NCBI RefSeq assembly: GCF_009914755.1 | Contig: NC_060933.1 | Reading direction: 5' to 3' (one strand) | Length of the DNA: 64,000 nucleotides | DNA from: the human T2T-CHM13v2.0 reference genome, Homo sapiens | In this document: piece after piece, positions 50,536-64,000 of the stretch | Layout of the letters: every line of letters begins with the position of its first letter | Position numbering within the stretch: the first letter of the stretch is position 1 | Translations under genes and position numbers: made by a program | The notes under the pieces: generated by a model | What the model saw: only the letters and a program-made list of their open reading frames with translations | Databases searched by the model: none | Told to the model about the DNA's origin: nothing

Positions 50536-51257
50536 TCACCTGAGGTCAGGAGTTTCAGACCAGTCTGGCCAACATGGTGAAACCTCTTCTCTACTAAAAA
50601 TATAAAAATTAGCAGGGTGTGGTAGCATGCACCTGTAGTCTCAGCTACTTGGGAGACTGAGGAAGGAGAATCGCTTGAACCCTGGGAGGCGGAGGTTGCA
50701 GTGAGCCGAGATCACACCACTGCACTCTAGCCTGGGTGACAGAGCAAGACTCTGTCTCAAAATAAATAAATAAATAAAATACAAAGAAATACATTTAACA
50801 AAAGAATTGCATAATGGGTACTCTGAAAACTACAAACACTGCTGAAATAAATTTTAAAAGATCTAAATCAATGGAAAGACATCGTATGTTCATGGATTGG
50901 AAGACTTAATATTGTTAAGATGGCAGTACTCCCCAAACTGATCTACACATTTAACACCACTTCTCTCCAAATCCCAGCTGTCTTCTTTGCAGAAATCAAC
51001 AAGCTGATTCTGAATAGTTTGGAAATGCAAAGGACTAAGAATCGCCCATACAATCAGGAAGAGGAAGAATAAAATTTGAGGACACATACATTCTGACTTC
51101 TTATTTATTTATGAGCCAGGGTCTCGCTCTGTCCCCCAGGCTGGAGCACAGTGGTGCAATCACAGTTTACTGCAGCCTCAAACTACTGGGCTCAAGTGAT
51201 CCTCCCACCTCAGCCTCCTAAGTAGTTGGGACTACAGACTCTTACCACCATGACTGG

Positions 51258-51290
<33 letters not shown>

Positions 51291-51896
51291 AGACAGGGTC
51301 TTGTTCTGTCACCCAGACTAGAGTGCAGTGATGAGATCAGGGCTCACTGAAGCCTTGACCTTCAGGCTCAAGCCATCCTCCTACCTCAGCCTCCCAAGTA
51401 ACTGGGACTACAGGTACATGCCACTATACCCAACTAATTTTTTGTTTGTTTGTTTGTTTGTTTGAGACAGTTTCACTCTTTGGCCCAGGCTGAAGTGAAG
51501 TAGTGTGATCTCAGCTCACTGCACCTCTGCTCCCTGGGTTCAAGCGATTCTCCTGCCTCACCCTCCTGAGTAGCTGGGATTATAGGTGCTCACCACCATG
51601 CCCAGCTAATTTTTGTATTTTTAGTAGAGACAGGGTTTTGCCATATTGGCCAGGCTGGTCTCGAACTCCTGACCTCAGGTGATCCACCTGCCTCGGCCTC
51701 CCAAAGTGCTAGGATTATAGGCGTGAATCACGGTACCAGGCTTCAACTAATTTTTTAAATTTTGTATATATTGGGTCTTGCTATGTGGCCAGGGCTGATC
51801 TCAAACTCCTGGGCTCAAGCTATCCTCTGACCTAGGCTTACCAAAGTGCTGGGATTACAGGGATGAGCCACCATGCCCAGCCTGCATTCTGATTTC

Positions 51897-52990
<1,094 letters not shown>

Positions 52991-53729
52991 TTTTCAACAA
53001 ATAATGCTGAAACAAGTGGATGCCACATGAAAAAAAAAAAATGAAGTTGGAACCCTAGCTCACTTCACATACAAAAATTAACTCCAGGCTAGGCATAGTG
53101 GCTTTGTCCTGTAATCCTAGCCCTTTGGGAGGCTGAGGTGGGAAGATTGCTTGAGCCCAGGAGTTCAAGACCAGCCTGAACAATATAGTGAGACTTCGTC
53201 CGTACTAAAAATAAAAACATTACCTGGGCATGGTGGTGTGTGTCTGTAGTTCCAGCTACTCAGGAGCCTAAGATGGAAGGATCACTTGAGTCCAGCAAGC
53301 TGATCATGCCACAGCACTCCAGCCTGGGCAACAGAGCAAGACCCTGTCACACCAACACACACACACAAATACCCTGTCTCTTACAAAATTGTAAAAATTA
53401 GCCATGTGTGGTGGCGAGCATCTGTAGTCCTAGCTATTCAGGAGGCTGAGACAGGAGGATTGCTTGAGCCTAAGAGTTTTGGAAGTTGCAGTGAGCCAAC
53501 TGCCATGATTGTGCCATTGCACTGAAGCCTGGGCAGTTGAGCAAGATCCTATCTAAAAAAAACCCAAATAAATAAAATCAAAATGGACCATACACCCAAA
53601 TGTAAGAGCAAAAACTATTAGAGTTTTAAAAGAAAACTTATGTGTACGTATTCAGGAGCTTTCATTAGACAATGGTTTCTGGGATATGACATCAAAAGCA
53701 CAAACAACAAAAGAACAAATGAATATATT

Positions 53730-54147
53730 TGTCAAAAGACAAAATTACAACACATTAAGTTTAAAAATCTTAATTGTTACTTATTTGTGATTCTAAACTC
53801 AGGCAATATATCATTCTATAAAACAGAATGAGTCTTCCAATGAACAAAGCAGAAGAGATTGCTTTTATAAACAGGCAGAGAGGACTTCCTTATCATGCCA
53901 GAGATAGCTTTTATAGACAGGCAGAGGGGATTTCCTTATCATGCCAGCTAAAACTGGCCTGTTTGAGGATTTGGCTATTCTCTCTCTCTCTCTCCTGATT
54001 TCTCAGAAGGTCAGATAAAGATCTTAGTTTTGACTTAGTGACATGACATGCAATTTCAGCATAAGTAACTCCATTTTGGTGGGGTCTGTTAGGCCTAGGG
54101 CAGGAACTCAGTCCAACTCAATGGCCTCCTGTAAATTTTATTCTACA
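53730..54147 (-). mobile_element. MER31/MER67-group (ERV1) solo LTR
   Basis: TGTCAAAAGACAAAATTACAAC...CAATGGCCTCCTGTAAATTTTATTCTACA with 4-bp TSD TATT (53726-53729, 54148-54151). Confidence 0.75.
53855..53946. repeat. 46-bp tandem duplication (2 copies, 4 mismatches)
   Basis: GAGATTGCTTTTATAAACAGGCAGAGAGGACTTCCTTATCATGCCA followed by GAGATAGCTTTTATAGACAGGCAGAGGGGATTTCCTTATCATGCCA. Confidence 0.92.
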
Positions 54148-54453
54148 TATTGAACATCACCGAAATATAAAACTTTTTCCTTCCAAGGACACCATCGAGA
54201 AAATGAAAAGCCAAATCACAGAATGGGAGAAAATATATGCAAATCATATATCTAATAAGGCTGTTCTTTTTATAGTGTAGATATATAAATGGTGAGGATA
54301 TGGAAAAGTTGGAACTCTTGTACATTGCTAGAAGAAATGTAGGATGGTACAGCCTTTGTGGAAAACTATTTGGTGGTTCCTTCAGAAGTTAAAACACAGA
54401 ATTAACATATGACCCAGAAATTCTACTCCTAGGTATATATCCAAAAGAATTAA

Positions 54454-54846
<393 letters not shown>

Positions 54847-55095
54847 TGAATAAACAAAACGTGGAATAGCCATACAATGAGTTACTATCCAGGCATAAAG
54901 AGTACTGATACATGCTACAACATGGATGAAACTTGAAAACATTACACATGTGAAAGAAGCCAGACACAAAAGGCCACATATTGTATGATTTCATTTAAAT
55001 AAAATATCCAGTATAAGCAATCTATAGATATAAGAAGGAGATTAGTGATTGCCAGGGGCCGAGAAGAGGGCAATGGGAGTAACAGGGTTTCTTTT

Positions 55096-56127
<1,032 letters not shown>

Positions 56128-57916
56128 AACAGGGTTTCTTTTTGGAATGATGATAATGTTCTGGATTTAGATAGTGGAGATAGCTGCACAAGTCTGTGAA
56201 TAGGCTAAAAGACATTGAATTGTACAGCTTAAATTGGAGAATTATGTGTTAAGTAAATTGTATCTCAACAAGGGTTTTTAATTTCCCAAGGCTTGGGTGA
56301 AAATCAATGTGTATAACTTTCAATATAAGAGTTGGAAAAGTATCATAAAAATGCTAACAGTGACTAGATAAGATGATGCATGTTCTATCTTTCTAAATGG
56401 AAGACATATCTTTACAATATGAGTTCCTGCCTAAGATAAAATGGGTATTTAAATATTGTATTTAAATGTTCTAAGTGTCAGACTTCCTTTCTTTAGCTTT
56501 TCCACAGATACAGAATTTTAGCTCTGGCTCAAACTCTGCATGTAAAATGAGAATAGAAAAATGTGACTCTTAAACTACAGATATTTAATAAAGACTAATT
56601 TGCAGACATCAAGGTGAAATAAAATGATTAATTTTTTAAGATATAAAGCTCATTGTTCAAATAAAATCCAAGTTCTAAAATCTTAGATTGTATGAAATGG
56701 ATGTGAAATGGATGAAAGTGTTATGAATGGCGCTGCTTTGCTTGAGGTACTCCTTTATCTCCACTCCTCCAAACACAAACATATCAGGGCAGGCAGGTCT
56801 AAGCAGCTCCTTGGAGCACAGTTTAAAAGGTCTGAGGGACTCTAGCAGCCCAGTTGGCCCTAAATTGTGTAGTCTTTGGTAAGGTACAGAAACTCCATGG
56901 GCTCCTGACAGAAAACTCCTGTTTCCTATTTGTCAGATAAAGGGGGCTAAGCTACAACTCCTTGAAAGCCCTTTTCTACGGTCGAAGTCTACAATTCTAT
57001 GATCCTGAAAAAGCTAAAATAAAAGCTAGTAGCCACTGGCTTCTAAAATGTTTACCAATCACCCCAGAGCTTAAGGAACAAAGATCAAAACAAGCCTTGG
57101 GCTATAATCACCTTATCCAAACCTACAAAATAAACAGCAGACTAAAAATAGAGAGGGGTAAGTCTTATTTCAAAGTGAAATGATCTGAACAAAGGGCAGC
57201 TGGTTTTCACGATCTTTCTTATCTCTTAGATAAAGTTTGTTAATGGGCCATAAATACACAAAGGGTCTGGTTGCCAAGTATCCCTGCAAAAGGGAGGAGA
57301 GGCCATATATCACTTCCTGGGGGATGGGAGGGAGTAGCATCTCAAGGAGAAGTAGCACAAAGGCCCCTCCTGAGATAGGAAACAGGCCCTGGGTCAGGCA
57401 GCTGTGGGTCCGGCAAACACCCTCAGATCTCAGAACAAGAAACCCGTTGAAGGCGGGGCACAATGGCTCCTGCCTGTAATCCCAGCACTTTGGGAGCCAC
57501 AGTGAGGCTTGAAGCCAGGAGCTAGAGACCAGCCTAGGCAACATAGGGAGACCCGCCCCCCTGCATCTGTCTGTCCAAACAATTTAAAAATTAGCTGGGC
57601 ACAGCTGGGCACGGTGGCTCAGGCCTGTAACCCCAGCACTTTGGGAGGCCGAGGCGGGTAGGATCACGTGAGGTCAGGAGTTCGAGACTGGCCTGGCCAA
57701 CATGGTGAAACTCCATCTCTACTAAAAATACAAAAAATTAGCCGGGCGTGGTGGCAGGCGCCTTTAATCCCAGCTACTTGGGAGGCTGAGGCAGAGAGAA
57801 TCGCTTGAACCCAGGAGGTGGAGGTTGCATTGAGCTGAGATTGCACCATTGTACTCCAGCCTGGGCAAAAAGAGTGAAGCTCCTTCTCAAAAACAAAACA
57901 AAACAAAAATTAGCTA

Positions 57917-58261
<345 letters not shown>

Positions 58262-58269
58262 CTAACTCC

Positions 58270-59050
<781 letters not shown>

Positions 59051-59969
59051 AGCTGGAAAAGTACCTTCACAAAGACATCAACCATGCTGGTTTTACCTAG
59101 TGATTAGGGAAAACCCTGAGCACTCAATCCATTGTATCTATGAGTTCCAGCATTTTTTTTTAAAGAGGGTCTCCCTCTGTTGCTCAGACAACAGTGCAGT
59201 GGTGCAGTGCAGTGCAGTGGTGCAATCTCCACTTACTGCAATCTCCACCTCCAGGGCTCAAGCGATCCTTCACTTCAGTCTCCAGAGTAGCCGGCACCAC
59301 AAGTGCCATGCCACCATGCCCGCCTAATTTCTGTATATTTTTGGTAGAGATGGAGTCTCACCATGTTGCTCAGGCTGGTCTCCAAGTCCTGGCTTCAAGA
59401 GATTTTCCTGCCTTGGCCTCCCACAGTGCTGGAATTACAGGCCTGAGCCACTGCGCCTAGCTGTTAATTATATCTTTATTTTATTTTATTTATTAATATT
59501 ATTTATTTTTTAGTAGATACAGGGTTTTACCATGTTGCCCAGGCTGGTCTTCAAGGCTGGTCTTGAACTCCCGGACTCAAGTGATCGGCCCACCTTGGCC
59601 TCCCAAAGTGCTGAGATTACAGGAGTGAGCCACCGTGCCCAGCCTCCTTATTTTTTTTATTTTTATTTTTTCGTGAGACAGAGTCTGGCTCTGCACCCAG
59701 GCTGGAGTGCAGTGGCATGATCTTGGCTCACTGCAACCTCCGCCTCCTAGGCTCAAGTGATCCTACTACCTTAGCTTCCTGAATGGCTGGGACTACAGGT
59801 ACAGGCCACCATGCCTGGCTAATTTTTGTAGTTTTAGTAGAGATGGAGTTTTGCCATGTTGCCTGGGCTGGTCTCGAATTCCTGAGCCCAAGCCATCCAC
59901 CCTCCTGGGCTTCCCAAATAGCTGGGATTATAGAAGTGAGCCACTGGGCCCAGCCCTGGCCCTACCTGT

Positions 59970-60007
<38 letters not shown>

Positions 60008-60118
60008 TCCAGGCATGGTTACTCACACCTGTAATCCCAACACTTTGGGAGGGGAGGTAAGAGGATCACTTCAGGCCCTGAGTTCAAGACCAGCCCAAAG
60101 GCTGGGCGCGGTGGCTCA

Positions 60119-60469
<351 letters not shown>

Positions 60470-60679
60470 TTAAAAAATCAGCTGATTATGGTGGCACATG
60501 CCTGTAGTCCCAGCTACTTGGGAGGCTGAGGTAAGAGGATTGCTTGAGCGAGCAGTTGGAGGCTGCAGTGAGCTATGATTGCACCACTGCACTCTAGCGT
60601 AGGCAACAGAGTGAGATCCTTCTGGAAAAAAAGAAAAACAACTGCACATTATTGGCATGGCGGTATGCTAGGACCACAC

Positions 60680-60830
60680 TAGGCTGTAAACTCCGTGAGG
60701 GCAGGAACCATGCCTGGTTTGTTCAACACAATATCCCCAGCATGAATTTGGCATGCACCTAACATATGGCTCAGGAAATATCTGAAATGAAATATCTGAA
60801 TATTTGAATGAAAGACAAGTTGAAGTGAAT
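60680..60830 (+). mobile_element. L2 3' end
   Basis: TGTAAACTCCGTGAGGGCAGGAACCATGCCTGGTTTGTTCA...GGCTCAGGAAATATCTG. Confidence 0.7.
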
Positions 60831-60860
60831 GAAAGGCAAGTTGATTCTCCATGAACATAT

Positions 60861-60899
60861 CATTTTCAGGTATGTTCTGCACGGACATACCTGAAAATG
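60861..60899. other. Near-perfect inverted repeat (17-bp stem, 5-nt loop)
   Basis: CATTTTCAGGTATGTTC-TGCAC-GGACATACCTGAAAATG: outer 15 bp perfect, then one T.G pair and one C-G pair. Confidence 0.95.
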
Positions 60900-61066
60900 G
60901 AATAGACATTAGCTGCACTTAGATGAAACTACTCTGCTTTAATCCCTGGATATTCATGAAATCAAGGATGAATTTACCTGACATTGAAAAGGACCATGAA
61001 TCTTGTGTGAGTTGATATCGTATGATGTTTATCATCATAACTTAATTGTTTTACATTGAATTTTAA

Positions 61067-61291
<225 letters not shown>

Positions 61292-61369
61292 TAGCCAGGA
61301 TGGTCTCGATCTCCTGACCTTGTGATCTGCCCGCCTTGGCCTCCCAAAATGCTGGGATTACAGGCGTAG

Positions 61370-61576
<207 letters not shown>

Positions 61577-62662
61577 TAGTAGAGACATGGTTTCACGATG
61601 TTGGCCAGGTATGGTTATTATTATTTTTTTTTAGGGACAGATTATCACTATGCTGCCCAGGCTGGCCTTGAACTCCTGGGCTCAAGCAATCCTCCTGCCT
61701 TAGTCTTGCAAAGTTCTTAGGGTTACAGGTGTTAGCCACTATGCCCAGCCTAGTTCAATAATTTCAACTTTACCATAATATGAGGAAAACTTGAGCGTAA
61801 TATTGGTCTGTCTTATCTGTTCCAGTTTCTCAAATACTTTTTATTTTTACAGAAAGGGTCTTGCTCTGTCACCTAAGCTGGAGTGCAGTGGCATGATCAT
61901 AGCTCACTGTGGCCTCAAACTCCTGAGCTCAAGCCACACTCTTGCCTCAGCCTGCAAAGAGCTGGGATTACAAGTGTGAGCCACTGTGCCCGGCATAGTT
62001 TCTGAAATGCTTTTAGAAATGCTACTTATAGCAGCATTAGCTGTAAAAAAGGCCCTGTATGTGAGTCCTGCCATGGGAGGCTTGGGCAAATACTGGGGAA
62101 ACAGGAAGTTTATCTTTGGCCCTTTCAGGATTAAAAAAAAGAAAAATTTGAGTGTAATATTTGATACATACAAAAGAATGTGTTGTTAAATATAATAGAA
62201 TAAACACTCTGCTTAAGAACAAGAACATTATCAATATGAGGATTTACTTCCTTTTGGGATCTTATGCGAATTTCTGAAAAGGTCTGGGTTCTAGCTGCCT
62301 AGCATTAACATAAAAGGTTTGAGAAATATACATTCAATAAGCTGCTATCTGATAATGGCTTTAGATTTTTCTCATCTTTGAGTGTATAATTTTTTTTTAG
62401 TTTTATTTTGTAGAGGCAGAGTCGTGCTATGTTGCCCAGGCTTGTATCAAACTCCTGGCCTTAAGCAATCAGCCTCCTAAAGTGTTGGGATTACAGGTGT
62501 GAGCCACCACACCTGGCCTCATAAAAATTGCTATAGCATTTTTTTTCTGATAATAGAAGTGTATATCTTTCCTGTAGAAAAATTTTAAAATAGGTTAAAG
62601 TATGAAGAATATAAAAATAACCATTATATCCATTCTCTCCAGAAAATTATTGTTAACCTTTT

Positions 62663-62665
<3 letters not shown>

Positions 62666-62711
<46 letters not shown>
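62666..62711. repeat. (CA)n microsatellite
   Basis: Uninterrupted AC run. Confidence 0.98.
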
Positions 62712-62713
<2 letters not shown>

Positions 62714-62941
62714 ATACATTTTAATAGCTAGCTTGAGTTCCTTTCAAGACAAAAAGATATGAATATTTCTTGTGGAATTTCAGGCACTGTTGCAAGCTGG
62801 CGGGAAATCTATCTGGGGTAAAAATCTTCTCAAATTGTAGCAAAGTATTTGCATTTCCAGAAAGACAGCATTATATTGATATTCCCAAATAGTCAGATAT
62901 TAAGTAACTCAAACAGCTCTGGGCCCATGATATCAGTGTTA

Positions 62942-63304
<363 letters not shown>

Positions 63305-64000
63305 TCACAATAAGGTTTTATAAGAGCATTTAGGCAACTTCATGTTAAGTAAGCATATGCCTGGTGCCTTGTGCATTCATATGTCTGCAGATGAACATGT
63401 ACCTGGACTAATGGGTGGTGACACAATCAGGAAAGGTGAACAGTGAGACACCAGAACAGAACTAGGATACAGAAAAACCTTAGTGCCTCCTGCTAAACTA
63501 GTGGTGAACCAGACAAAACTGTGCAGGCAATTGTCTGTACCTGGGGAGCAAATGAGGAGATGAGCATTCAACGAAAGGCAGATTTCAAGTGTGTATCACA
63601 GGAATGTCTTTTCTTAGTTCAGCAATGACAACTAGTCTAGCAGGTTCTTCTTGCCTTGTTGGGGGAAAAGCCTGTACAAACAGATAACTCTTGCATAATG
63701 TCTTTTGGATTAACAAATTTATGTTTTTGTGTGAGGACCCTTCACCTAAGAAGAGATCATATCAAGAGACTAAGAAAGATGCTTTTCTACCTGAGGTAAT
63801 ATTTCCCCTGTAGTTTTAGTCTCTAGGGCTTAAGAAATAACATCTGTTTACAAGGTTTGTGGGTGGAGCTTGGGGGTGTCAAGTTCAGGAATTTTGAATT
63901 AGATACAAGCCCAGGATGGAACAAGAATTTAAAAAAACATGCCAAAGATAGGATCCAAAATATGTAGAACCAAATAAACTAAAATCAGAATCCAAAGCTA

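Noticed and set aside
56960-57480. Non-Alu ORFs of 73-124 aa
   Set aside because: No recognisable homology, non-ATG starts or starts inside Alu, and no convincing splice structure.

Overview
This is primate (human-like) nuclear DNA, intronic or intergenic, and extremely Alu-rich. By eye it holds more than 100 Alu copies or fragments (AluJ, AluS, AluY), covering about half of the window and often nested. Between them are older L1M/L1P, L2 and MIR fragments, hAT DNA-transposon relics (MER5, MER58A, MER102, MER3, MER81-like) and ERV/MaLR LTRs (LTR16, MST, MER41, LTR9, MER34, LTR47-like, MER31/67-like). I recognise no intact protein-coding gene, RNA gene, CpG island or CRISPR array. Nearly all ORFs in the track are Alu, LTR or low-complexity artefacts. 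The only gene-derived sequence is a disabled processed RPS6 pseudogene (minus strand, about 55.1-55.86 kb). The most notable structures are: (1) an old, about 1.2-1.6 kb inverted duplication (19.3-20.9 kb vs 31.5-33.1 kb) with Alu-associated breakpoints and an inferable donor; (2) an Alu+RPS6 cassette inside one 15-bp TSD pair, carrying several microhomology-type deletions, possibly a chimeric retrotransposition product; (3) a near-perfect 17-bp hairpin at 60.86 kb that reads as an AG|GT splice motif on both strands; (4) motif clusters suggesting enhancers (16.5 kb, MER41 GAS/NF-kB, 53.9 kb). I see no evidence for a genuinely new biological system. Repeat family names come from recalled consensus sequences, not from a search, and boundaries are approximate unless a TSD is quoted.
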